This document shows positions 1 through 13,367 of a stretch of DNA of 38,225 bases, in pieces. Origin of the DNA: Octopus bimaculoides. Its lineage: Eukaryota. Under the pieces are notes generated by a model, which searched no databases, was not told the origin of the DNA, and saw nothing but the letters and a program-made list of their open reading frames with translations. The position numbers and the translations under genes were made by a program. Positions within the stretch are counted from its first letter, which is position 1, and each line of letters opens with the position of its first letter. The stretch lies in the NCBI RefSeq assembly GCF_001194135.2, contig NC_068984.1, positions 33,181,419-33,219,643 on the forward strand, in the 5' to 3' direction.

Positions 1-238
1 TATATATATATATATATATATATATGAATATATAAGGAACTGAAGGTATTTTGCAAGGCGTTTCCTACCGTTACATAAATATAACATATCCTTCTTTCTT
101 AATAAATTTAAGGTGAATTATTCCACACTGGAACATATTCGGATTGCCTATAGCACTGTATCCGGTCGAAAACGAACTTGATTCGTTCCTTTTTGTTTTG
201 CTTTTGTTTATGGCTCAGTAACTTTATATTTTTTTATG

Positions 239-445
239 TTTTACTTGTTTCAGTCATTTGACTCCAGCCATAATAGGGCATTGCCTTGAGGGTTTTAGTC
301 AAGCAAATCGCCCCAGGACTTATTCTTTTACACCTATTATTTGCATTGTTTTCTTCTTCCGATCACCTAAGTTACGGCGACGTAAACACACTAACAACGC
401 ATGTCAAGCGGCAGTGGTGGGCAAACATAGACAAACAGACACACA
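239..445 (-). mobile_element. SINE 3' portion (octopus-type family ending in ...agtcaaatgactgaaacaagtaaa)
   Basis: tttacttgtttcagtcatttgact...caaatcgccccaggacttatt...gtcaagcg. The same motifs recur at 10181-10345 and, in the opposite orientation, at 14999-15157. Followed by a (CA)n stretch. Confidence 0.8.
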
Positions 446-957
446 CACGCACACTCACAAACAGAGACATCTTTTAAACTTGTTTATGGGAAACGTTTTA
501 AATATGCAAATAAGCTCTTATTCTATTATGCCGGCCACTTTCTAATGATGCTGACTGGCGAAGCAGTTTTTCTGGAGTAACATCTACTGAATAAATAGCA
601 AACTAAGTCTAACACCACCACACGCACACACCCCCACACACACACACCTCCATCTCCATATAAATACTATTCCTTTCTCTGTTTCTACCACTTCTCTTCC
701 TCCCCACCAAATACACGCAGAAATACATAAATCACTTAAACTTATATACTTATATAACTTTATACTCATATATGTGGTACATCAATTAATGTGATATTGC
801 CTGAAGAAATGAATCCATCAAGATAATCAACCGCATACACACAGATACTATGGACTGCACCATAATAATCTCAGGAATACGAAATGTTATCTTAAGCGAC
901 ATGTGGTATGTGGAAACACACGTAGCGAAGCATCAACTGCTTATAAATTCCATCCAA

Positions 958-1590
958 GGATTATTATTATTATTCCTTCCTGATACAGCGTAGGTAAAAA
1001 TGCACCGGAGTCTTTAGTCATCTGTCAAGTCACAACAAGGGCCTCAGACAGATAATACTTTCCTTTACGTGTGCGCTGTACCCAATAATGCTGCTTTTTG
1101 CAAGACATGAATCGTGCATGGGATTTTCGGTTGTCTTAAGAAGTCTTGAAGTTTCGATGGGACTGAGCCCAACGTTCTGATCACTACTGGTATCACTTTT
1201 AAATTACTATCTCTCATTCAATACAATTTTGCCATTTCCACTTTCATTTCGGAATACTAGGTGAGTTTTTCAACTTCTTTTCTCACAACATTCGTGTCAT
1301 CTGGTACGGCTACATCAATGTATTTGTCTCTCGTTTTCAATAGGACAATATCCGGCCGACAGTGCTCGATTACACGATCCGTCTGAAAATCATAGCCCCA
1401 GAATGTCGTTAATTTTCCATCCTCCTGCATAACTTCACTTGGTACATTCTCATGCCACTTCTCTGTAACTTCATATTGTTATATACGGCATAAGAGCCAA
1501 GGAAGATACACAATCACTTTATCGTAATGACGCTTGTACTCATTCTGTGCAAGGCTTTCACATCCACTAACTAAGTGGAATACTATTTAC
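958..1590 (-). mobile_element. 5'-truncated non-LTR retrotransposon 3' end, R4/Dong-like, restriction-like endonuclease domain, decayed
   Basis: Manual minus-strand translation gives FHLVSGCESLAQNEYKRHYDKV...HCRPDIVLLK...YIDVAVPDDTNVVRKEVEKLT*...VIPVVIRTLGSVP...LQKAALLGTAHT*RKVLSV*. This covers the end of the CCHC knuckle and the PD..D RLE motif. A short 3' UTR and a (TAA)n tail follow at 958-974. Contains stops and frameshifts. Confidence 0.85.
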
Positions 1591-3654
1591 GGAATAATAA
1601 TACATTTCTTATTCTAAGAAAAGATCAAGAAAAACAAGAACAAAAAATATATTGCAATTAAAATAATTCAATTCTATATTCTATATAAATCAACACATAG
1701 ACACTCGTAATGTGTAGCATATCTGCATTATTTTATCATATGTAAATATAAATGTATAATTTATCATGAATAGATATAGTTAATACAATATAATCTGTAC
1801 AGACTTGCTACAAGTTTAAATATGCTTGAGGCATATTCGAACCTGCAAGGTAGCCATTCGCTACTTTTTATCGTCCAGAACGTTTCTCGCTGTAGATCTC
1901 CGGATGGATGCATAAATCTTACCCGTTTTAAAATCTTACCTGCTTAAAAGTTTAACTGATGGTGGTGGTTAATAAATTATGATATAAACTTTTATGACTG
2001 CATTAAATACATAAAATTCTATCGGCTGTCATAAATCTTAAATGATCAAGATCATTAAGTCTAGTCTCCTTGCCGAATTCTGTTAAACCAGCGCTGACCT
2101 CTACGAAAGGAAACCCATCCTTGACTCAATGCCTGCATAAGGCCTCTGAAAGAAAAGTCATACGAAAATCCGTTTTGTTTATACTGTTCCTAGAATGGTT
2201 TAATATAACCTGCAAAGTGAACGAAGAAAAGCATATATATACTGTCTATGCAAATTGCCATGGTTTACTCTATTTATACCACAAAAATTGATACAGAATT
2301 TCTTCTGTTGTACTTGAAACACTCTAAATTGGTAAGCGTTCTGTAATTTTAGTCTCGAAGCAAAGATAGCCGTCCAGTACAGTATTAATCTTTACAGTTT
2401 TACCAAGAAGTAATTTGAAGTGCTGAACCAGGCATCCAGTCATTGGACAGTGACTTTCTTCCCGAAAAATACTGACCGCTTGGGAAGCTCACTTTCTGAA
2501 AAATTACGTCAGATTTTCTAGAACGGGTATAATTGTTTCCGTTGAATATCGTCGATTCTTCAGTTTCAAATTTGACGTGGGTTTATAGCGCCTCTTTTTA
2601 AGCTTCAAGTGAAACTTCAGACATATCGAGAATCCTTCAATATGTCTAAAATACGTTGATGTTTTGCACTGCATTATTTTGCACTTGCTATCCTTTATTC
2701 AGAAGCAAATGATATATTCTTCTACTTCTTTGGGAATGTTTCAGATGTATAGCTTTGTTTTAATTGGTCATCTTTCCACATAGAAGACTATCACATGTAA
2801 CCTAAAGCCAGTCACACAGAGTATCAACATATTATGTACTGCAATAAGAAAGCCTTTTTATAATTTAGTAACATCTGGTAATTTTCCCCAATCTGTTTCA
2901 TTGCATTTGTTCTTGCGGTAGCCTTTTGCATAAAACAATACCGTGGTCAGATTTAATACATTCAAAAGTGTTCTATACGTGCGAGGTTTTGGCGCCTGTT
3001 AATCAAATACTTTCAGGTTATGATATAGCACTGTTTAAATATTCTGTCACGAGATAACGACATTGCGAAAACCCACTTCCACGTTACTGAAATTGTGTGC
3101 GTCGTATCAGCAACTTTTACTCTTCCATATGTTTACCTCACTAGTTAACACGGAAAGATTCCTGATTGGTACATTCCGAGTCATCTATCATGCTCGAAGA
3201 AATAGTATGTAACAGCTAGCAGAATATCAGGGTAAACGTCATAAGTGCTGATTCGCAAGAAATTATGGTAGTTGTGTATAGACTAAGCAAAATGTATTCC
3301 AGTAAAACAAATAAACAGAAAGACACACCACTGATTCACACAGAGGTTCGAATAAAATTAATATAGAATGAAAAGAAATGATGGTTATTAGAGTCGTCAT
3401 CAATAATTGCATGGACTAGTAGGGAAACATTCCCAAATTACATTTTTTTTAATTAACTCTTGGAAGCAATAATATTCATTAAATAATCTTTTGTCTTGGA
3501 TAATATGGCAATGAATTTGTATGGGATAAGCAGTTAATGGATTTAAAATGAATGGCCATAAAAAAATGCAGAGTCTCTTAGTCAAGCTAAAAGGGTCAAG
3601 ATTTTTCCATTTCGTCTGAGAATCTGCAAGATAAAACCCGCTAATAGAAGGATT

Positions 3655-3683
3655 ATGTGCGTATGTGTGTGTTTGTGTGTGTT

Positions 3684-3723
<40 letters not shown>

Positions 3724-3780
3724 CGCGTGTTTGTGTGTGTGTGCACGCGCGCGTTTGTGTGTATGTGTGTGTGTGTAGCA
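3655..3780. repeat. (TG)n compound microsatellite
   Basis: Visible TG/CG dinucleotide array. It explains the spurious VC- and HT-rich ORFs. Confidence 0.95.
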
Positions 3781-5972
3781 TATGTGACAGAAGGTAAAAG
3801 ATGCATAAAGGCAAGATTAGTTACAATAATCAAGATAGATCAGATCCTGACAAAATAAATCACATTGTAGTGAAAGAAGCCAGTACGACATTAAGAGTGA
3901 TGTCACGGATGCTGCTGTCGGAAAAATGCACTACATACATCGTTATTAATATTGGGAATTCTAATGTCTGCAAATACAGAAATTAAACAAAAGAAAGCAT
4001 CTGATTTGGAAATAAACAAATCCTTACCAGTGTATTCTAAAATTTTCTCACAGTTTATTTATTGTATGTAACGGGTAAGATGGAGGTAATGATGTTGATG
4101 GAATCGAAAACAGACTTGAAAGAGGTTCAAAAATTTTAAAGTGCATCGTATGATTTCAAAAGAATGCTTTCAGATTGTATCTTACATGGCTGTAAAATAA
4201 AATATGAATTTAGAAATATAAAAAGAATGATGTATAGAAAAATGTTCATTCCTGCATATTTCAGATTAAATATATTCTATAATCTATTATTATTCAAGCA
4301 AATGAAGGCTAAGAAAAAGATATGATTAACGATATGAAACAAAAATAACAAATTTAGATATAACAAAATGTTGGCATTTTCTCATAAAAGATATGTTCTG
4401 TACTGCACAAGCAAATGCTGGGAAGCAAGTATTTCGAAATAGTAGTGAGGTTCCAGTCTCCCATACCAATTTGTAATTATATGAAATTTAATTTTTTACA
4501 AAGAAAACAAAGTCATGTGTTGAGTGACATTTTTATAAAACTCAAAAGTTTAAATGTGTAAATAATGCAGAGAAGATGTATATGAGAGGAGGGTGTTGCA
4601 AAGTTGTTAACAGCAGAGAAGATGTTAAAGCTGAGAAGAGAAAAAGTAGAATTGATGAAGGAAGATAAAAGGACATATAGAAGGAAATATGGTTGAATAC
4701 GAACAAGAAACTACAAAAATATCCTCAAATCAGAGAAACTAAAACGTAAGCAATATAACTATAAATCAGTAATGCGTTGTTTCTTTAAAAGCTTAGATCA
4801 AAATAACCATGAATAGTTAATCTGCAAGATGGATATCTGAAAAAAATATTCTATCATTAACTCTGTGGAACAAATGATCAAAGAAGATTGTACACCAAAT
4901 TTATAGGGATGAAAAGGTTATGAAAGTTGTTCACATACTACGAGGAAATTAGGAACAATACATCGTTTGCTGTTTCAATGCAAATACTTCACAGGATAAC
5001 CATGTTATTAGGCATGATAATAGAGTGGTGAACGCAGAAGTAGTTTAAGCAAAACAAGAATTATTGATAAAAAAAAAGAAAAGCAAAAGTATGATATAAA
5101 GATACATGAAATTGAGTTTCCATACTGGAGAGTAGTACAAAGAAACTTTACACTAATTGTGAATAACATGCGCGTAAAACTGATACAATCAGCAGACCGA
5201 AATTCATTTCAGTTAATAATAACCCCATAACAGATAAAGCGCAATTATATGGCTTTTCGCGTTCGAAAATAGCCTGGAATTATTTGAAAGGAGCAAAAAG
5301 ATAAAACCTCAAGTTTGGTAAGGTGGGGATTGAATAAGCTGGGATATATGTAAATATGAAAGGATATTTTAAGGAAGTAAGGAGATATATAATTTGCGGT
5401 TATTGTTATTTAGACTCATGACAGGTCAGATTTCATTTGGGAAATCCAAATTTTTTTATAGCAAGAAATTACTTAATCGATCTTATCCTTCTCTTAATAT
5501 AGCAGTTTTGGGGTTGAAACTTTTCGACTTCCTGTACGTTGTAAATGGACCATTGATGTATAGAATACCTTTCTGTTTGTATGTGTGTGTGTATACATGT
5601 TTTCCTACGTTTATATACCTATATATACGCATAATGTACAAACATGTAGACACACACTCACACACACAGACACATGCATATATTTACATATATTCATACA
5701 TCTATATACATATATACGAATATATATAAAGTATAATAAGGAAAGGAAAAACAGAAGTGTAGACGTTACTTCAGCTTAAGTTCAAAAATATATCCAATAA
5801 AAACTCTACAAGTTGTTTCAAAGCCTAATTAATTCAAAACAAAACGAAACATAATCCATTTGAAATCTTATATATATGTATATATACACATATATACACA
5901 TAAAATACATAGATATATATCTACATATACGTGGGTAGTTTTGTATAAAACGTACTATGCAAATATACATGA

Positions 5973-6066
5973 TTAAAAGTGATCGGCACTCGGTATGGAA
6001 TTTAACGAAGATACGATAGTCGTGGCACGCCCGACGCCATTCACAAGAAGATCAAAGGCAATGGAG
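5973..6066 (-). CDS. Candidate terminal coding exon (SIAFDLLVNGVGRATTIVSSLNSIPSADHF*)
   Basis: Minus-strand acceptor tttcgttttgatatgtag. Only one frame stays open more than ~9 codons after it, and GC is above the flanks. No recognisable homology. Confidence 0.25.
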
Positions 6067-6260
6067 CTACATATCAAAACGAAAGGCGTGCATGTAAATC
6101 TTATATATCTTAATATGCATACTGAAGAAATATCACATATGCCAAAAACTTTCGAAAGCGAAGTGTACAAGGAAAACTAAAGATAAAATTGTACCTACAA
6201 TAGTTTATGTTTTGGAAATGTTACAAACCAATGTGAATAAATCATAGAAACACGACATAC

Positions 6261-6296
6261 TTGCTTGCATATTCACTAACACCAGTAATTCTACAC
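6261..6296 (-). CDS. Candidate 36-nt internal exon (CRITGVSEYAS, phase 2-2)
   Basis: Acceptor gagttcag and donor gtatgt. Phase-compatible with the 5973-6066 candidate across a 194-nt intron. Confidence 0.2.
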
Positions 6297-8275
6297 CTGA
6301 ACTCTATTCTTAAAATGTACCCCACGGTAGCTCCTACACAGCATGCATGCAACTGTATCACTAACCAATAAAACTCTAATATAACGCAAAAACATAATGT
6401 TAATACATAAAAACGTAAATTACCTAATATAAACACCTTTTCACAGTACCAGTCAGCACTGCTATAAACAATTACGCATTTTCAACACGGTGTCTTGAAA
6501 AATCAAATCAGGAATCCAAACGTAGTTAGAATGATTACAATAGTCGTTGTTTTGCTATAACATCTTATAAACTGCTCTATGTATAAATGACTAAATATAC
6601 AAATTAACATGGAAGGTGAGTTTTTTCTTCATTTGAAACATTAGCACTTCTTTAAAATCTGGCGAAATATAAGCAGGATTTACAGCCAATATAATTGGTT
6701 TCTGAAAATAGTTTACTAGACAATCTCATTTAAAAGATATATATTAGCAAAAAAAAAAAAAAAGAAAAGAAAAAAAGAAAAATCTGTGTTAGTAATTGTT
6801 CATAGGCAATTATAATGAATGCTACTTAAATATTTCACTCTTCCTGCTTCTCCATATTAGTTTGAAAGAATTGATTAAAACTCTAGGTATAGAAACGTAA
6901 AATGGAAACTTTTAGAACGTGCTTACAGAAAGCAGGAAGAATTCTCATACGAATAAAATGCTTTCCACAGTAAGCTATTTGGTTGATATGCTAAAACACT
7001 ATGAAATGCTTTGATTTTAGCCTTCTTTCTATGTGGAAAATAAATGTGTATATTTATTTATTGATCTATTTATTAATCTTTACTAATCTCTTGTCATGTT
7101 TGGCGTGAACATCGACCTGTTGTGTCTGTTCTACTTACGCATTGGGGCGCTTTTCTCATGTCTCGCAGTAAAAACGTGACAAACTGTTGAAAATCCGAAA
7201 AAATCTATAACTGTAATACTATCACATAAGGAAAACTATTTGAATGTTCAAAGGAGAACTTGTTGAATATTTGAAGTATAACTCTTCCTGTTGCTTCTAC
7301 TCGTTTTTTCTTTCATTTTACTCAACTATGCATCGAAATTTAAAGCGAATAATATCAGCAGAAATTTACTACAAAAATGCATATATTCAAAGTCGATATA
7401 TAGCTAATAAAATAATATATTATTTAGAAAATAATTGCATATTTTCTAATAATAGACTTCGATTTGAATTTCTCTACATATATGCAAATATCATTAGAAT
7501 AACACGTCTATATATTCACACGTATATATATATATATATATATATATGCCTACTAGATGTTATACAGGATATATATTCCAGTATGTGCCTGCACGAAACA
7601 TTGGATTTAAAATATGACTAATTGGTGGTGATGCGTTGCATTGCCAACAAATCTGATGAGTGTCATAAATATCGTTAATGGTTTACAATTCGGGTAGTTC
7701 ATTGGCTAAATTTTCGAATAGTATGAAATGGGGTTTGCCGAAGCAATGCACTATTATTTCTTGCGGATTCCGTTTTATATTTAATGCACACAATTCCCAA
7801 TTATATTTCCTGAATGACGAAGATGCATACACATGCTTTGATTCTCTTTTAATTTAATTTCCAATTTTTGCGATGTAATTTTGATATATACATATGGAAA
7901 CCTGAAGAGAAATTCGAGAAATCATTGGTGAAAACTTTCATAGTTATATTGTTTACCAATTAATTATATATTTTTTGCAAGCGATTTAATTATGAAACCG
8001 AGCTAAAATACTTATAATACTTATCAATAAGTTTAAAACATTTATCAATATGTTCCACATTGATATAAATTTTGATACTCTCACTTGGAACGGCAATGGT
8101 CTCGAAGAGAAAAGGTATATTTCCATATTAATAGTAACATACTGTTACTATACAGGAATTAATTTTAAATCTAAGTCACATATAACAATACTATTTATGT
8201 GTCTCACCCATAAACTTAATGCATTCCTAAATGATAACCATCGGTGCATTAAATGATTGCCCAATTCTGTACTAG

Positions 8276-8338
8276 TTAAATCAGCTGCAATTGGACAGTA
8301 TGATTTAACTGCAGAAACTGACGTAGGAATTTCACTCG
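8276..8338 (+). CDS. Candidate 63-nt internal exon (KSAAIGQYDLTAETDVGISL, phase 1-1)
   Basis: Acceptor ttctgtactag, donor G|gtgagc, open frame, symmetric phase. Confidence 0.25.
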
Positions 8339-9879
8339 GTGAGCATAATAAATAAATCTAATAAATACTTTCCTATAGCACAATTTGCAAAGTGGATATT
8401 CAGGAATCAATACAAGTGAGCCAAATAACTTGTTAGTTTCTTTGCAGAAACATAATTTCCATATCATTTCCATAAAAACATATCAGATGCAGTTAGCTTT
8501 ATACTGGAGTATCAAATGAAAAATTATTTTGAACGGATTACTGCGCCCGATAGATAACTAATTATTACATTTGCTTAGAAGATAATATATTTAGAACAGT
8601 ATCGAATCACCTGTAGTGCAAGCCTCTTCTGTCGTGAATCATTATAAAATAATTGGACATTCTATTTTGTCGCAGACATATATTTAATTTTCAAACAATA
8701 TATTAAAGATGTGAAATAATTGTTTCAAAGAAAACAATCGTTAGAAAAGCGAATCCTTTCAAATGTAAAAAAAAAATCTATTTCGGCAAAATGTTTGTAT
8801 AATATTGTTTGCTAAATACGAAATTATCTTCGGCATATCGAACTTATTTAGTCAATAGATTTTGAATAACACCTATAAACGTTGTTATGAATGCTGTATT
8901 TAAAACGAGTATTAAGGAAGAAAAGAAGCATTCTGAACGTTAGATCACTAAATTTGACAAATCTTTTCTGGTTTCAGCTGTTGAATTCTGTGTTCTTGAT
9001 TAGTCGACACATAAAATCTAACACTGTTAGCAACTTCTCTAAATTTTAGGTAATTAATGGATGATATGAAGTGTAAATCACATTGAAGATCAGTATCATT
9101 AATAACATGAATAAATTAAAATTCAGTATTTTTATTTGCTCGCTTTTTATTACAAATATAAGAGGCCTCAAATGAGATGTGACAAAACCATTAACCTGAT
9201 GGTAACGATTTCACATCTAGAACAAATAATAACTTCTCTCAACCAATAAAACTTGGTTTTATGCAAATGAATTCACGGGTGTAATGAATGTCATACTACC
9301 TTGTCATTGCCATGAATGGGTCAAAATCCTAATGTAAAGAAAACCGTGGCTGGTGTGACATAACTGAGCCAAAATAAATTGTACGATTTTGTTTTTCTTT
9401 ACGATTTTCCCCTTCATTATCAAATGCAAATAGTTTATTAACACTACTGATCAAGAGATACAATATACAAAAAGAGCAGAAAGTCTGTAAATAATGAAGT
9501 TTATATTATATTTGACTATGAAAATGTAACTTTCTGCGCAGGTTTAAAAAGCTAACTGTAAAATATTTTGCTGGATCATACTTCAGCTTCAGCTGCGCAA
9601 ATCAGGATGTGCATTAAGACAGGGACACATTCAATCTTATTAGCGGTCGTCACATTTCATTTCATCATTTTACTTACAGATATGGAAACAAAGAGCACCA
9701 GTTGAAAAACAGTGATAGGAAAGAAACGCACGCACACAAACACACATACACACAGACACAGACACATACACCAATATATACGCATCTATCTNNNNNNNNN
9801 NNNNNNNNNNNNNNNNNNNNNNNNNNNNNNNNNNNNNNNNNNNNNNNNNNNNNNNNNNNACATACACCCCCACTAACGC

Positions 9880-9984
9880 ACACGCACACGCACACATATA
9901 TAGATAGATAGATAAATAGATAGATAGATAGATAGATAGATGCATACATACATACATACAGACATGCATACATACATACATACA

Positions 9985-10016
<32 letters not shown>

Positions 10017-10022
10017 CACATG
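9880..10022. repeat. Compound (ATAG)n/(CATA)n microsatellite
   Basis: Visible tetranucleotide arrays. Confidence 0.95.
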
Positions 10023-10024
10023 CG

Positions 10025-10170
10025 CATATGAACGGTCAAGCAAATCCACTGAGAAGGCTTTCGTTAGCCCAGAGCAACAGGAAAAGGCACCTGTCCACGA
10101 GGCCACGCTGTGGGACTACACCCGACGTCACGTGATTTTGATGCAAAATACTCACCATACAGCAAAGCCT
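10025..10170 (-). mobile_element. Diverged tRNA-derived SINE (same family as 10545-10702)
   Basis: The minus strand reads gctgtatggtgagt...cgggtgtagtcccacagcgtggc...aaagccttctcagtggattt and aligns by eye to the 10545-10702 copy. Confidence 0.7.
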
Positions 10171-10180
10171 GTGCTGAATT

Positions 10181-10345
10181 CATTCATTCTTTCATTATTT
10201 TACTTGTTTCAGTCATTTGACTATGGCCATGTTGGAGCACTAACTATAGTCGAACAAATCGATCCCAGGACTTATTCCTTCAGTGTCATTTGCCGAATGG
10301 CCAAGGTACGGTTGTCAAGAGCGATGGTGGGGGAACAGACACAGA
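10181..10345 (-). mobile_element. SINE 3' portion (same family as 239-445)
   Basis: ttttacttgtttcagtcatttgactatggccatgttggagcac...gatcccaggacttatt...ttgtcaagagcgatggtggggg. Confidence 0.85.
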
Positions 10346-10444
10346 CACACAAATACATACATGCATACATACATACATACATACACACATATATATATAT
10401 ATTATATTTAGAGAGGGAGAGAGGAAGAGAGAGCGTGATAGGTA

Positions 10445-10487
10445 GGTAGATGGATATCGATAGATAGATAGATAGATAAATAGATAA

Positions 10488-10543
<56 letters not shown>
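10445..10543. repeat. (ATAG)n microsatellite (SINE tail side)
   Basis: Visible array adjoining the SINE at 10545. Confidence 0.95.
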
Positions 10544-10544
<1 letters not shown>

Positions 10545-10702
10545 AACGCGTGGACTCTTAATTTTCGTCCACAAAATCCATTTACAAGCTTTGGTCGGTC
10601 AGAAGCTATAATAGAAGACACTTCTCAAGGTGCTTCTCAGTGGGAGTGAACCCGGAACCATGTAGTTTGGAAGAAAGCTTCTTACCACACAGCCACTCCT
10701 GC
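10545..10702 (-). mobile_element. tRNA-derived SINE with Pol III A/B boxes
   Basis: The minus strand starts gcaggagtggctgtgtggtaag (A box region) ... ggttccgggttcactccc (B box-like) ... gagaagtgtcttctatt. Confidence 0.85.
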
Positions 10703-11084
10703 ATGTATATTTAAATCCAAAATCCCATACAGATACACATATACGTGTACATATATATTTTTGTTTGTTTGAGTATGTGTGTGATATTGTGTGTGTGTCT
10801 TGTGTGTCGGTGTATGTTTGTGTATTTTTGTATGTTCCTGACGTGCTTTATACGTATTCTAATTTGTGGCTAGACAGTATTTTATGGCTATATGATCATA
10901 CTGAACAAAGTCTTCTTATAACTTCGTGCATTTCCTGGTTAAGTATGTGTTTGATTGATATCTTGCAATCGTATGAACTCCGGTAATGGTGATAAATACC
11001 AGGTGGTTGCGCAAAAGGGAGAGACAGATTAATACTACCATTAAGGAGAAAGGCTGAGGTGTGCGATTGGATTCAGAAGAGAGA

Positions 11085-11114
11085 GAGAGGGGGAGAGAGA
11101 GAGACAGAGAGACT

Positions 11115-11175
<61 letters not shown>
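11085..11175. repeat. (GA)n microsatellite
   Basis: Visible GA array. Confidence 0.95.
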
Positions 11176-11176
<1 letters not shown>

Positions 11177-11240
11177 CACAGAAAGATAGTTTGAAAATGA
11201 ATGCGGTGCTTCTTATTCGAATAATTAATGTTTCTTCCAG

Positions 11241-11304
11241 TCCATCACCTTATAGCAGAGCTTCATTTGTCGATCCAGTCTATCAAAATTTCGTTAGCAA
11301 ATAA
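11241..11304 (+). CDS. Candidate terminal exon (PSPYSRASFVDPVYQNFVSK*)
   Basis: Strong acceptor aatgtttcttccag, open frame to TAA, and an AATAAA at about 11574. No homology recognised. Confidence 0.25.
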
Positions 11305-11699
11305 CATATAAGACCTCACAATCAACTCCAATGATTATGAAACAGTTCTAAACAACTGAAATTAACATTTATTTTCACATCTCACTTTTCTTAGCTGCCC
11401 AATTTACAGACATATTCACTCCTAATGTAATTTCTGGATTTTCAGAACGACACTAAGATTTGTTCGATAGAAAACGTACGTAGTCTGAATAGTAACTAAA
11501 TTGTTCTCAAATTACATCCTTTATTTAACGACACAGTACATTAAATATCCTAGCTTGCACTGCAAAATACCTTAATAAAGTAATAATAATAATGGAAAGA
11601 ATGGTTTTGTTCCTTGGTCTGAAATAACAGAACGTGCCCAACACGATCTGATCGAAAGGTTAAAATACGCCTATAGTTATTTTACGTTGATTCATTTTT

Positions 11700-12290
11700 T
11701 TTCTTGTATTAATTGTTCTGCCTGATTTTCTTTTATATTTCAGTATTCTATTTTTCTTTACATTTTTTTCTTTGTTCCATCCATTCCCCATCTTCTGACA
11801 TTACTTCCCTTCTCATTCGATTTTCGTTTTTCTTCTCATATTACACTTTATTTTTTCAATCTTTTCCTTTCTCAGGTTTTCTATTGTTTTCTTTCCTTGT
11901 ATCGGTTCATTTCTATATTTCTGTCTTATATTACTTCATTCATTATGCCTTTGCTTCATTTTTGGATACTTTCTTTGTACATTTTTTTTTTTCAAAATTC
12001 TTTCACCTTCTCTTTTCAACATTTTTTCTTCTTTCATTCCCTTGTATTTGCTTCGATGCATGTCTTAATTTTTCCTTTGATAAACTCTGCTTTTTTAATC
12101 TTTTTTGCTACACGTCTCTCGCTTATTTTACTCGTCTTTTGTGTGTTATTTATTTATTCACTCATTTTCACTTCAGTTTATTTTTATTCTTCATTTTCCA
12201 ATTTTTTTTTTCTTTCCATATTTTAGTTTATTTACGTTTTCGGTTATTTAATAATTTTATTTATTTCTGTATTTAATCTATTTATTTTCT
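11700..12290. repeat. T-rich low-complexity tract (decayed TTC/TTTC-type repeat)
   Basis: Strong T/pyrimidine skew. The long F/L/S ORFs here are compositional artefacts. Confidence 0.7.
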
Positions 12291-13335
12291 TAACACCATT
12301 GATTAAGGAAACTATGGAACTGTCATGTCTGCGTTTTGCCTCCAGCACAATGTGACAGATAACGCAATACCCGCTAGGAGGCGTTATAGTCACAACGAAA
12401 AACGAAAAATCGATAAATTACAAATTGAATATAACTGGGCCAATTCGGATATAATAACGTTTGATGATATTTGCAAGTGATATCACCGTGTACAGCAACA
12501 AGTACAACGGCACCAACGATATCGACAACTAAATCAACAGCTATACTGATGACACAACTATCGAAACATTAGCAACAGTGAAGATGCGGTTGCTAGAATT
12601 ACAGCAGAACGAACGTATTAATGCTAATATTTCGACTGAATGAGTATAAATAAAATTTTTTAGAGCCGCAAAAATAAAAGTAGGATTATTATTAGTTTAA
12701 CTTGACAAAAATAGAAAGATATATATATATATAAGAATAAGATTAAGAACATGTGCGATTCATTGTCGTAAAATGAATATTAACGTTAATAACAATGCAT
12801 CTTAATAGACTTGGAGAGGGAAATATTTTTCACATGTATTAATTCTATGTATCAACATTAAAAGTAGCGGAGAAATAATCAAGATATTCGAGTCTTATAA
12901 AGAGGAACAAAAATGTAATATGCAAAGAACAAAATAACTGAAAAATTGGAAAAAGTTCCCATACAAGGCGATCCTAAATAACAGTGAAAACAATAGAACG
13001 GGCCTCAATTCCGCCAAATATAATGCTATGCATGATAGGTATTGTTCTTCTTTTAAAATTTTGGCAGATGGCACGTAGTTTTAATGGACTACATCGACTC
13101 GCGACAAAAAAGGTAATTAATTTAATGACTCGGAATGGGTGAAAGGAAACCACCTCAGCAGTTATTGAACTAATAATCTTATGAATTGGAAGAAATGCCT
13201 CTACGCATAATATGTAACTGGCTACCGCTTCTACCTGCTCACCGCATCACTCTATAAGGGGTTCTAAAAAGCAATGGCTGTAAGGGTATTGCAAATGACA
13301 TTGTTAGTGACCCAACATTCCGAGTTCTTTTACAG

Positions 13336-13367
13336 GGCTTAAAACAACTGAAGGACCTCTGCAACAA
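13336..13367 (+). CDS. Candidate 32-nt exon (GLKTTEGPLQQ or GLKQLKDLCN)
   Basis: Near-consensus acceptor gttcttttacag and donor AA|gtgagt. Confidence 0.2.

Noticed and set aside
3582-3858. ORFs rich in VC, HT, YI or RE repeats here and throughout the window
   Set aside because: They are translations of (TG)n, (CA)n, (TA)n or (GA)n microsatellites.
7139-7183. 45-nt minus-strand exon candidate (CHVFTARHEKSAPM, PTB-like CHVF)
   Set aside because: It has a good donor but is phase-incompatible with the neighbouring candidates, and a four-residue motif is not evidence.
7244-7621. 125-aa plus-strand ORF
   Set aside because: AT-rich, I/Y/N-biased, runs through a TA repeat, and has no recognisable domain.
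7650-7680. CTGATGAG motif suggesting a hammerhead
   Set aside because: No GAAA box, no credible stems and no PLE context.
10150-10160. Strong minus-strand ATG|gtgagt start-exon signal
   Set aside because: It lies in the A-box head of a SINE (consensus gtgtggtaag).
11713-12276. 187-aa hydrophobic ORF resembling a membrane protein
   Set aside because: T-rich low-complexity DNA lacks stops on this strand, and the F/L/S bias is compositional.
12546-12572. CTGATGA...CGAAAC hammerhead-like spacing
   Set aside because: Stem II cannot pair and the site lies in decayed CAA-rich low-complexity sequence.
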